Shown here in pieces: positions 12,901 to 24,912 of a DNA stretch of 64,000 bases. Made by a program: the position numbers and the translations under genes. The notes beneath the pieces were generated by a model. The model was given only the letters and a program-made list of their open reading frames with translations. It was not told where the DNA came from and made no database searches. Source of the stretch: Paraspadella gotoi. Lineage: Eukaryota > Animalia > Chaetognatha. How positions within the stretch are numbered: the stretch's first letter is position 1; every line of letters begins with the position of its first letter. The stretch covers positions 13,353,437 to 13,417,436 of the forward strand of contig CM119268.1 of the NCBI GenBank assembly GCA_051294375.1. Reading direction: 5' to 3'.

Positions 12901-15376
12901 GCTGTCCTCGACGGGCTCGGCCTCGTTGCCCCTGATGGGCCACGCCAGGTCTCGCCTCTCCTCGGAGCTGTCCACGTTGCCCGAGTACGACCTGCCACTG
13001 GACGAGAAGTGGGAGGTGCCGCGGGAGCAGTTGACTCTGAGCCATCCGCTGGGGGAGGGCGCCTTCGGACAAGTGTACAAAGGAGAGATCGCCAATTGGG
13101 GTGAGTTTTCTAATAATTATTTAAGTTTTTTAGTTTCCAGTATGTTTACTCATGGAATCATATTTTTCGTTTATTTTCTTAGCTCGGTGGTGGTTTTTCA
13201 AATTTTGACATTTTCTAAATTTAACTTTATAATTCAAAATTTTAACTCTCAGATTACCCTTATTAAGTAATCATTCGCAAGCATTTTTTTTTTAACTTTT
13301 TTTTTTTCGTTTTACATTTTTATTTGCCATACTTTACGATCTTAAATTCCTTATCTTTAAAAATAAATAATAATCCGATCGTCGAATTAAAATATCCCTC
13401 CAGCCGATCCAGTCCAGCCACCCCCCCAATCTCATCTCTCCACAAAACGTGCGTGCGTGGGAAAAAAAAGCGCGCGTACGATCCTCGAAATATTTATTTT
13501 CGTCCGAATCAAAATAAAATAATATAAATTTTCGCCCCGACGTCGAAAAAGAAAAACACGCTCGAAATCTTTCTTTTAATCCCCCACGCCATAATAAATA
13601 CAAATTTATGGAGAGATGAAAAGATGTTATTTTTTTTTTATAAAGAATTTTTTTTTTTGTGATGAGAGACGAGATTCGGGGTCAAATCGTCTGTCTCCTT
13701 CATCCTCCAGTCTCGATCCCGTTGAGGTTCAATGATCACATTCGATCCACGATCGAGGCCACCCTTATTTACGAGTCACTCTTTCACCAAATTCTCACTC
13801 ACACTCTCACCCCACCGTCCTCACCACCCCACCGCCGAATCACGTTTTTATATCATCCGCTCAAGAAAGAGAGAGAAATGGTTGAGGGACGGAGACGTCT
13901 CTGTTTACTTTCTAGTCGAATTGTAAGGTCAAAGCGACCAAAATGTCTCTCCTTTCCATTTTTAAAATAAACAAAGATGTCTAAAGCGAAACATTTGTAA
14001 TGGGTAATGGGTAATGAGTTTTAATCAAGCAATAGTTTTAACAAAATAGAACTGAAAAGTATCGCAAAAGGGCCAATTTTCGATCCCATCCCGTCCCATC
14101 CAGGCGAACTCAAAAACCGAACCGTGGCCGTGAAGATGTTGAAAGCGGAAGCGACGGACCGCGAGTTGACGGACCTCATCTCGGAACTCGTTGTCATGAA
14201 GTCCATCGGCAAAAACATCAACATCATCAATTTGCTGGGTAAGGCGGGGGACGTTGGTTCGGCAAAAAAAATGTATATAGTGGGACGTGACATTTCTAGC
14301 AAAAGCAAATGATTTTATCTCAATTCACGACAAATATTTAGTTAGCTGTTCGACTAAACCTTACCCTTCAATGACCTCCCCCCTTCCAAAAAGGCTGCTG
14401 CACTCAAGACGGTCCTCTCTTCGTCGTCGTCGAGTTCGCTCCCTTCGGCAACCTTCGCGACTTTCTCCGGTCCCGCCGTCCCCATCTCTCTTCGCCTTTC
14501 GTCCCGCCAGTGTTGACCAAGGAACAAATCCACGAGCCTCCGCCGGCGCTGGTCACGACGCCCCTGACGGGCGGCCCGGGGGATTCGGCCAAGACCCGGT
14601 TCTTCCCGCAAGAGGTCGTCGCTTCCGCGGACTCCGAGGGTCTCCACTTTCTCCCGCAGCCCATCTCCTCCTCCTTCTCCTCCTCATCGGCCGTCACCTC
14701 CGGCCTCACGCAAAAAGACCTGATCTCTTTCGCCTACCAAGTCGCCCGCGGGATGGAGTACCTCGCCTCCAAGAAGTGCATCCATCGCGACCTCGCCGCG
14801 CGCAACGTCCTCGTCGCCGAAGACAACGTCCTCAAGATCGCCGACTTCGGTCTCGCGCGCGACGTTCATAATTTTGACTATTACCGCAAGACGACGGACG
14901 GAAGACTTCCGGTCAAGTGGATGGCGCCCGAGGCGCTGTTCGATAGGGTCTACACCACCCAGTCCGACGTGTGGGCCTACGGGGTGTTGCTGTGGGAGAT
15001 CATGACGCTCGGCGGCACGCCTTATCCTTCCGTACCGGTGGAGAAACTCTTCGAACTCTTGCGCGACGGGCATCGGATGGAGCGGCCCCCCAACTGCTCG
15101 GCCGACGTCTACGCGCTGATGCGAGAGGCGTGGCACGGGGATTCCAAGCTGCGGCCGGGTTTCGCCAAGATCGTGCAGGAACTCGACCGGATCCTCTCCC
15201 TGGCGCTGCACGACGGGGAATACCTCGATCTGGAGGCGCCGCTCGCCACACCCACCTCGTCGTCAACCGACAGCCAGTACTCCTCGGGATCGACGTGCTC
15301 GTCCAGCGTCTCCTCGGAAGACAACGTCTCCTCCACTGCGGAGGCGGAGTCCTCGGGACAGGAGAGTCCGGTGTGA
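8827..15376 (+). CDS. FGFR: Fibroblast growth factor receptor (3 Ig domains, TM helix, split tyrosine kinase). Coding exons 8827-9605, 10200-10439, 11311-11475, 11788-12049, 12220-12579, 12722-13100, 14104-14238, 14394-15376; 1100 aa from ATG 8827, or 958 aa from ATG 9253
   Basis: All seven introns are GT-AG with matching phases, total 3303 nt. Motifs: Ig2 [32 protein letters not shown]; Ig2-3 linker [16 protein letters not shown]; Ig3 [14 protein letters not shown]...[22 protein letters not shown]; [23 protein letters not shown]; kinase [71 protein letters not shown]; C-tail EYLDL (PLC-gamma site, as in FGFR1 Y766). Confidence 0.97.
11010..11260. repeat. (AAAG)n followed by (CCGA)n microsatellites in FGFR intron 2
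   Basis: Direct reading of the sequence. Confidence 0.9.
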
Positions 15377-15545
15377 CGAGAGGATGGAAAAAGGGAAAGA
15401 AAAGTAGTGAATGGGTTGGTCAGGAAAGGGTGGAAGGAGTTGGGATTTGTTTTGGGTAAAACCAGTCACGGAGTTTTCCTCTTTTACTCCGAGTTATTAT
15501 TTTCCTCGATAACTTTATTTAATATGCATTTCGCGAACACCAGTA

Positions 15546-15576
<31 letters not shown>

Positions 15577-15915
15577 CTCATTATTTGTGATTATCCAGAT
15601 TATTCAACGCGTGAGGTTTTTTGTTTTCCGAAACCAGTCTACAAAAATTTTTACTCGGAAAGCGAAAGTCCACACAAAAATAAATATCTTTTGTGGCGGT
15701 AATTTCTTTATGATTCGTCCTTTTATTGGTTTACTAAGTTTATACGCTTAACTTTACACGTTTTTGCAACGTTCCCCTCATTTGTCGTCGTCGTCGCGAT
15801 AAAATTTTCAAAACTTAAACTAAAAAAAAAAATTTAATTTGTAGAGTCGAAGATTCTTTCCTTTTTTTACCCGGTCACACACAAAGTGACTCTTTCATTT
15901 AAGTTTTATTTGCTA

Positions 15916-16007
<92 letters not shown>

Positions 16008-16158
16008 CTCACAAAAGTTTTTACTCAGCGAAAAACATCGCGGTAAACCGAATTAATGAATTATTCAGGGGCGGATCCTTGTGAAGGTTAAACGGGATTA
16101 CGAAAAAAATTGTTGTCTTAACAAAAAAAGTTGTTGCCCAAGAAAATTGTCGACGTCT

Positions 16159-16201
<43 letters not shown>

Positions 16202-16298
16202 TCTCTCTCTCTCTCTCTCTCTCTTCTCTTCTCTCTCTCTCTCTCTTCTCCCAGGGGGCCTTGAAAGAAAAGAATTTCCCCTTGAAGAATGCGGTTCG

Positions 16299-16386
<88 letters not shown>

Positions 16387-16906
16387 CTCGCACAAAAGGA
16401 ATTGTTGAACCCTCACCCAAACTGATCACTCTCCGAGATCTCCGCGCGAAGTAAGTGAGGACTTTTTGCGCCAAAAAAAAAACGTGCATACAGGTGGAAC
16501 CAGATTTTTTTCTTTCTTTTCTTCTTTTCTTTCTTCGACTCTTTTCTGCTTTTCTCTCGCTCCTCTTTAATTTTTATTATCTCCATTGTTTATGCGTTTG
16601 TTCGAAATGAATCTTCGCGTCAGTTTGCTCCAGAAATAATTGAAAAAAAAACCTGTGGCCTTCGATAACTCTTCTAAATTTTCTATTATTATTTTCATTC
16701 ACAATTGAGTTATGACAATGGCTCCTCCCTCCCGCCTCTTCAGCTGCTTTTACTTAAAAGTCTTCTTTCTTCTTTCCATTTATTTCTTTTCTTTTTTATT
16801 GCTTTTGCTCTGCCTTTCCTTCTTTTACTTATTTCTTCCATGCTTTCTTTCTTTCTTGTCCCCTCACGCGGTAGCTATTGTTGTCGAGAGCAATTCACTT
16901 TCTTCG

Positions 16907-16950
<44 letters not shown>

Positions 16951-18191
16951 CTCTCTCTCTACTCTCTACTCTCTCCTCTCTCTCTCAAACGACCGTACCG
17001 TTCGTTTTTGTGGTTGCAGATCGGACGGGGATAAGATAAGTGAAGGATTAAATTCTCTCTTTCTCTCTGTCGTGACGCACAACGCTGATCCTTTCTAATG
17101 GGCAGTTTCAGATCCGGTCCCCTCTCTGTCTCTAAACTCTTTTAGCGTCTTTCTTTCTCCCTTTCGTTTTCTCCGTCTCTTCTCTCTCTCTCTCTCCCTC
17201 TGAAAGCTACTTTCAGTTTAAAAGAATTATTAATTCCCATCTCTCTCTGTCTCTCGGTTAAATCCTTTTTAAGATTAATTTTAACGTAAATTTCCTCTTC
17301 TCTTCCGTCTCTATCTCTATCTCTCTCCCATCCTCTTCCGGTGGATTCTCCACTAATAAAAACTCTGATTCGAAGTGAGAGGGAGTCGAGTAGGGGAAAG
17401 AAAAACCTCGGGATTTCTTCCCGGGGAAGGGGCGAAGAAAGGGAGAGAGGGGGAGGATTAAAAACAGAGGAAGATCTCGCCCATTTCCTATGGGAAAAGG
17501 AAGAGTTTTCCTCCCGCACCCGACGCGATAGTAAATGCTAAGGAAGTTGAAAAGGCGTCAGGAGGAAGTGGAAGGCAGCTGTGATTTCAAAAGGGGACTC
17601 CTTCACTCCTTCACTCGACGATGCCTCACCCCTTATCTTTTCTCCATGTCTCTGTCTCTCTCTCTCAATCTCTCGCTCACTTTAAACCACCGGTGCGAAC
17701 TTCGACGCAAAAAACAAAATATATTAATTAAACGAGAAATTTTTTTTTAATTTCAAAATTAAAATTTAAAATTCATTTAATGAGTTTATTTATGTTTTTG
17801 TTAGCCTTGCCATCTTTCCCCACCACCTCTACCCGCCATCCATATCCCTTCCCATTAACTTTCCCTCCTTTCATCACGAGCGTCATTCGTGTTAAGCATC
17901 ATCATAGCATATTCGATTTATTTTTATGTGGATTCGTAATGAAATTGTATTGATTGTATTGATTATTATTTTTTTTGTTGACTAATTGTTGATGAAAGAA
18001 TTAAACTATAGAAAAAAACGAAATAGTTCTTCTACATTTTTTTATTTACGTTATATCTCATTAAAGCGAGAAAAAAAATCAGGGTCGAACTTTTAACGAG
18101 AAAAGATGCAGTCTGTGACGAAGAAAACATAGTTAGCCAAAAACGTCATCTGTTATTCAAATTTCAACCTCTGTAGAGGAGAGAGAGAGAG

Positions 18192-18251
<60 letters not shown>

Positions 18252-18442
18252 TTTTTAACCGCGATACTTTCCGGAAAAATTATTATCATAAGAAGACGGC
18301 TCGTCTTCGGAAAGCTTTTACCTCCCCCCTACTCTCTCTCTCTCTCTCTCTCTTTCTCCCACTGTCTTTATGACTTTTCTTTTTATTTGTTTTGGCATTT
18401 ATTGTTTTTCAGTCTCGACTTCCGGTTGACCTCCGAATTGAG

Positions 18443-18487
18443 GTCACGTGATTGATTTGAGTCACGTGATTGAGCCAAGTCACGTGA
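18443..18487. promoter_or_regulatory. Triple E-box cluster GTCACGTGA x3 (USF/MiT-TFE CLEAR-type)
   Basis: ggtcacgtgattgatttgagtcacgtgattgagccaagtcacgtgagg, evenly spaced at about 18 bp. Confidence 0.5.
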
Positions 18488-18553
18488 GGCGAGCGGACAG
18501 TTGCTGCCAGCGGCCAACACAACGGGGTGTGTGTGTTTTGTTTCTCATATTAA

Positions 18554-18604
<51 letters not shown>

Positions 18605-18983
18605 TCCATTTATTCAGCCATACATTTTCTTCGTATATTCTGTCTCTCAAAAAATAAAAACTTTTATCAATTAACTCTGGGTTCAAATGAACCTTAGAGA
18701 GGTCAACGGGCAACGGCGTATCGATGATTAAATTCATTAACAAATTTATTCCCTTTTAAGAAAAAGAAAAAAAAACTATTGGAGTGATCTTGAACTTTTT
18801 CCCTTCTAATCGCGGTGGTACTATTTTAGTATTTAAGAAAAAAAAACCCGATCTAGACATTTTTTCGGTTAATTTGTTTGATTTAGACGACCGTTAAAAA
18901 TTAACAACTATACAAAGTTAAAAAAAATATTTTTAAAGAAAAATCGTGGGAACTTTTTCTTCCTTCATTTTTTCATTCCTAAG

Positions 18984-19340
18984 AAAAAATAGTCGGACCG
19001 TTGAGCTCACAGAAAGTTAAGATTTAAACCGAAAGCGCCGATTTAACGGCGCCGCCCCCTGGCACTGGATCCTTGGCGCCGCTCCCCGGCCCGAGCACGT
19101 CCCGACTTCCCAGCGGGCAGCGCGGTCAGCGAGCAGGCGCGGGACGAGGGCTGCGAGGATTTCTCCTTTGAACGGCATGCAAAGCTGGGACCGCGGAGAG
19201 TCGAACCCCGAGTCGCCGTGGCGTACCTCGACCGTGGCACCGTCGCCGTCGTGTCCCTTTCATCTCAGGGTCAGTCGCGAGATAATAACTCTTCTCTGGG
19301 GGACGACATCGCCGTCATGGTGCGATAGAGAGAGCGAGCG

Positions 19341-19376
<36 letters not shown>

Positions 19377-19392
19377 TTAATCTGGAATTATC

Positions 19393-19447
<55 letters not shown>

Positions 19448-19730
19448 GACCGATTGTCAAAACGAAAGTTGGCGAGCCCCTTTTTGTGACAAGCCCATGA
19501 ACCCGATTCAGCCCTCGGTCTCGCGAACAATGGAATAAGCGGTTTTCTGGGAGGAAGTGCCAGGCCTGGCATCTTTAGGGTTAGGGGCTTGGAGCTCTGA
19601 AAGCGGATTCGAGGGTAGGGACCGGGCGAGGCTACGCCCCCAGAGGATTGAAAAGGGGGTTTGGAAAAAGAGATAGAGAGAGAGACAGAAAGAGAGAAGT
19701 AGAGAGAGAGATTAAGGGATTACTCCGATG
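18984..19730 (-). ncRNA. Candidate telomerase RNA (TR/TERC-like); structured core about 19030-19646, ends approximate
   Basis: Template (CC)CUAACCCUAA at 19575-19586. Template-adjacent helix AAGCCC/GGGCUU and GAGCUCC/GGGGCUC. Long-range P1 pairing 19635-19645 with 19294-19305. P5/P6/P6.1-like junction at 19186-19257 with GGGG-UUCGA-CUCU. ANANNA box (AAAGGA, 19164-19169) followed by GC-rich hairpins. TATAAAA at 19750-19756. No convincing ORF. Pseudoknot and ACA box not resolved by eye. Confidence 0.6.
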
Positions 19731-19749
19731 GTCAGCCGAGTCTACGACC

Positions 19750-19756
19750 TTTTATA
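19750..19756 (-). promoter_or_regulatory. TATA box upstream of the candidate telomerase RNA
   Basis: Minus strand reads GGATATAAAAGG, a canonical TATAAAA, about 105 nt upstream of the 5' strand of P1. Confidence 0.45.
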
Positions 19757-19785
19757 TCCTTGGTTGATAAGAGTTTTTGATAGGA

Positions 19786-19894
<109 letters not shown>

Positions 19895-20031
19895 TAAAAA
19901 ACGGAAGGGATTTTGCAGGGTTGGTGCGCGAGTGGGTAACGAGGAGGGCAAGGGAACAGATGCCGTTTTGGAAGTATTTACTTTGACCTAAACAAATCGT
20001 CACCGACAAGAAAACGTAAAAAGTGTTTCAA

Positions 20032-20313
20032 ACGAGATAGGCGGACCGAGGAAGGAGCAGGGCGTTTAACCTGGAGGCCCTTTTTTAAAATATAACATTG
20101 TGTACGAGATAGGCGGACCGAGGAAGGAGCAAGGCGTTAACCTGGAGGCCCTTTTTCAAAAATAACATTGTGGACGAGATAGGCGGACCGAGGAAGGAGC
20201 AGGGCGTTAACCTGGAGGCCCTTTTTCAAAATATAACATTGTGTACGAGATAGGCGGACCGAGGAAGAGCAGGGCGTTTAACCTGGAGGCCCTTTTTCAA
20301 AATATAACATTGT
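20032..20313. repeat. Minisatellite, 4 x ~71 bp
   Basis: Unit ACGAGATAGGCGGACCGAGGAAGGAGCAGGGCGTT(T)AACCTGGAGGCCCTTTTTCAAAATATAACATTGTGT starting at 20032, 20104, 20174 and 20245. Confidence 0.95.
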
Positions 20314-22829
20314 AAAACGGGTCCAGAAACAGCAACTTTTGGATCAAAGCGCATGGCTCATGTTTTTACTTTTTGGAAAGTTGTTCGCTGTTTACATATT
20401 TTTGTCAAATATTTACATCAAGATGTTCCAGAAATCGGGGTGGTACATGGAAACGTGGTTGAGGCGGAAGTCTACCATTTAAGATGCTATTAGTTGTAAG
20501 AGACAGGACAAAATTGATGAGAGTAGTTCATAAACATTTCAAAAAAAAAGAAAGAAAAAGAAAATCGTGGTGGAAGACATGTGATCAAAAGTGAATGTTT
20601 AGTGAACAAGGGCGTAAAAAACAATATGCTGTTCGAGACATTGACCTCGTCTCACACATTCTCCGATTCTCCCCTCACCTCCTTCGTATCTATTGTACAA
20701 TCCAGAGTTCATTATAATTTACTAATCAGTTTTAATGGTTGATCGTTTTCGAGACACAGATCGTCAAAATTTAATAAAAATGAACCTCGTTGTCGAACTC
20801 TGTTCAACTACAGACAAAAGGACACACAAAAAAAACTTAGAATACATTCGAGTTAAAATAATAAATGGGGAGAGGGACCCGCTTTCGATTATTTTTTTTT
20901 TTGTTAGCGTGACAGTCTGTTTTCATAACGCCACGAATTTATAACACCGGGGTGACGAATGAGCCGTCACCGCCCTCGCTCCGCGTCTTCGATTTCTGTT
21001 TATGTTCGCGCAGTCGAAGTGACGAAGGTCCAGGGTTCGAGGGAGAATATATAGTTTCAATAACTAATAGCGGGGGATGTTTCAATTTCAAGTTCTTTTC
21101 GAGGATTTTCTAACGACATAATTTGCTTGCAACAATGAATGCAAGCAAATTATCTTTTAACCAAAACTCACATCTCCCACCCTCTTCGTTTTCAACCTCC
21201 CACAGACGCGGAAAAAAAAAATAAAGTCCAGAAATTTCGCGGGAAAAGAATTCGAGGAATTTTCGATTTGGGTTTCTGCTAAATGTCTCACGTGATTCGT
21301 GATTCGTATAATCACGTGACTCATCGCGTGATTCATCGCGGAATCGTGAGACCAGTCACAAGGGTTTTTTTACGTAGGTTATTAAGAAATTGCGGCTGTC
21401 CTAAAATATGTAGTATAATGTACAACGTATCTTACTTATACTGTACGCACAGTACTCACTACTCAGTAGGTTCAAACTTCACCTTCGTCAACTCTGATCT
21501 GAAAAAACATTCGGCTGAGTATATTTTGTAATAATATTTCAAAAAATTATCGCAAAAAGTTCAAAGAGTAAATAGAAAAATCCAAAATATGAAAACAAAT
21601 TTTCAAAAATATATTACTTCTACTCCGAAATGCCCCAGAAAAAGAAAAACCCCGACTTTTCTTCATTATCACCGACCCCGATCGACGGGAGGTTAATTTT
21701 TATCATTTTCATCGCGATTTTTATCATCGAAAAGTCGGAATTTGCGTCGCGAACGAAACCGTAAAGACGCATCTCCCGCCGGCGTCACGTTTAATTAATA
21801 ATTAAGGGGGGAGGAACGGCGACTTTGAGAAAAAAAAAATTTTCCTCAATTATATTCCCACCACCGCTGGATTAAAAACGAGACGAATAATTTTTCGCGC
21901 TCGGTTTTTAAAGAAGGTGTCTTTTTACTATTTCTTCTCATCTCTCTCTCTCTCTTTCATTCTCGAGCCTTAAAAAAAATTTTTATTTTATTTTTCCCTC
22001 GGTAGAGTCTTAATAATTTCTCATAGTTACTCCGTAACGGGCGTTAGTCGAGTTCTAACTAATTGCGCCTAATTAACGCCGTTATATTTGGCGAGAAGAA
22101 GAACCTTTTTTTTTTCCGGTTCAAGAAATTCATCCTCATCGCCTTCTCAGTTGTTTCTCTCGCTAGGAGCTTTGGGTTTTGCTTTTTCTTACGCTTTCGT
22201 CGTCGTCGTCGTCGTCGTCGTCGTCATTGTGAATGCGGTTGGAGGTGAAACTCGCTTAGCTTTTCCTGTGAAAATCTGGACAGTGAACAGGAAACATCCA
22301 TTAAGGCCTTTTTTTCGAGATGAGAAAACAAATTTTACCCTGGATGAAGACTGAAGACTGAAGAGGGTTAGACGCTCGTTTAAAGGTACATGAGTTTGTT
22401 TTTGTTTTGTTTTTTAATTGAGATAAAGTAAAACAAGTTTGAGCAAACAATGTCGGATCTGCCCACGATGATTAGCGAAAATTAATTAACTAATTAATTA
22501 ATTCAAGTTATTTAATTAATTTGATCTCAAATTTTTTTTTAGGTCTTTTCGTCACTGATCATAAAAGCAACGACGATAATGGCGATGACGACAATAATGC
22601 CGATAACGATTGACCTGATTGTTTGATTGATTGATTGATTAAATAATTAATAAATAAATAAATTGATTGATTGAATAATCAATTTATTGATTAATTAACT
22701 GATTAATTAATTATTGATTAATTAATTGACTAATTGATTAATTAACTGATTATATTTGATTAATTAATACAACTTGAATTTACATTTAATATAAAAATAA
22801 AAAGAAGAAAAATCAATTAGTGAAACAAG

Positions 22830-23315
22830 TTTTTTTGTTTTTTCCATTTAACCTCATTTCCACTCAGAGGATTCCAAACTTGATTTCCAGCTTAATCATA
22901 CACTTTCTTACCAACATACTAAATTTCAAGTCAATCGCCCCATTCACTCAAGAGTAAATGGCGTTCAAATAGTTAAATAGATTTTTTTTCATTTAAACTC
23001 ATTTCCACTCGCACGATTTCATCTAATCTTCATATCCAGCTCAATCACACACTTCCCTACCCACAAACATTCCAATGCATTCATCCAATCATGAGTAATT
23101 GGATTTTTTTGCTAAGGTGAGACGGACAGACGGACGGACAGACAGACGAACGGATGGACGGACAGACGGACATAATTTTTTTTGCATAATTTATCATAAT
23201 TTGATATTATGATATGATAATAATGATTTACCGACAAGATTTTGGGGTGCGACCGACGGACCGACAAAGTGAATTATATAGCCGGAATCTGCTGATAAGC
23301 AGATCCGACTAAAAA
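22830..23315 (-). mobile_element. Non-autonomous Helentron-associated (HINE/DINE-1-like) element
   Basis: Minus strand begins TTTTTAGTCGGATCTGCT-TATC-AGCAGATTCCGGCTA (T-run plus subterminal hairpin), followed by GTCY microsatellites (23120-23172, ~23250-23266) and two diverged ~145-bp tandem units (22835-23110). This is the known architecture of DINE-1/HINE elements. Confidence 0.65.
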
Positions 23316-23718
23316 TGGCAATAAAAAACTCAACGCTGCATTTTTAATCCCAGCATCATTCACAGCATACTTCATATCGACGTTAATTAAGGTTAATTAG
23401 GATTAAAATAAGAATCAATGCATAAACATTGAAATACTCAAGACATGAATACAATATTCGAAACCAAATATAAACTCACGAGAAGAATCAGAAAAAGGGG
23501 GAAGAAACTGAAACAGCTCAAAAGATAGAAAATTAAGAGATATGATTCTCGGAGAAAGAAAAAAGCGAAACGTCGAAAATCGTGAAAAGTTCGTCCGTAA
23601 ATAAGAAAATAAATCCCGAGGTCGTTGCTAAGCGTTGCTAAGCGTTGCTAGGCGAGGGCGCGCGGGAGTGGAGTCGGGCGGGGGAGGAAAGGGGAGAGAG
23701 AGAGAAAAAGAGAGAAAA

Positions 23719-23776
<58 letters not shown>

Positions 23777-24463
23777 GGTATTTCAAATCCCTCGGCTCGA
23801 ATTGATTCCCTCCTCATGTCCAAAGATGATTTAACATCGTTTCTAGATTTCGGTTTCGGGATGAAAGCGAAAAGTTGATCCAATCTTCCTCTGAACGAGT
23901 GAATACAAGAAAAAAAACTTTCGGCGAGAAAGAAGGAAAACGGTTATTGCCGACTGCAATGGCTCCGAGAACCATCAGGGTTCGCCGAACCGAAATGACC
24001 GGGCGTCGACTGGCGATATTAACTTCTCTCGCGAGGTTCGTGGCAGTTGAGCGTTCTCGTTCGCCCGGTCGTACGAAGAACCCTTTATTTTATCGTCCGT
24101 AGCCTAGATCTGTTCTAAAACTTTTTCTGTTTTACTATTTCTTTTATCGCTCGGTTATTTCGCATAAGAGTTATTGCGTTTACTAATGTGCATTATTCTG
24201 TATCTACTAGATTTTGGATTCCTTTGGCATCTTCGGTAACTTTGCATAAACCAGCATGAGGACAAAAATACGAGAGAAGGCGACAATGTGAACGAAAATG
24301 TCGACGATAATTTATGATGATGAGTGATTAACGAAAGGTTTTTAAAATTGACATTTCTAGTTAACACGTTTATAATTAACCAGAATTCATTATATTTTTC
24401 CTTCTCCGGCTATTTTTCTCTCTCTCGCCCTTTAAGTCTCTGTCTCTCACTTTTCCTCTCAGT

Positions 24464-24526
<63 letters not shown>

Positions 24527-24833
24527 GCTGACTGAACCTGGTCCCTGATAAATTATTCACAACGTGAAAGTATTTGGCGAACGGAATCTCACGCTAGGAC
24601 GAGTCACGATCACTGATTCACGCCGTCGTCGCCGTCGTCACGAAATGGACATCGTCGATTGTGACATGAAAACCGAATTCGTGATGACGTTCGTGATGAC
24701 ATCCGGACGAAAGAGCGAATCACGCCGATGACGAAATCACTCAACATCCGGGGGTGTGACGGAAACCTTTTTAAATTATTTATACTATACGGATGGATGC
24801 TTAAATATCCCTTTGAAACTCGTACATCGAACT

Positions 24834-24912
<79 letters not shown>

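Noticed and set aside
14684-15336. Antisense and alternative-frame ORFs over FGFR, RSL1D1 and p23 exons
   Set aside because: Shadow ORFs caused by GC3-rich codon usage.
19186-19257. tRNA gene (72 nt, T-arm GGTTCGAC, acceptor-like stem)
   Set aside because: No U8/A14, a 13-nt 'anticodon' loop, no variable loop and a bulged acceptor stem; better explained as a CR4/5-like domain.
20032-20313. CRISPR-like array
   Set aside because: Whole units repeat with no unique spacers; eukaryotic context and no cas genes.
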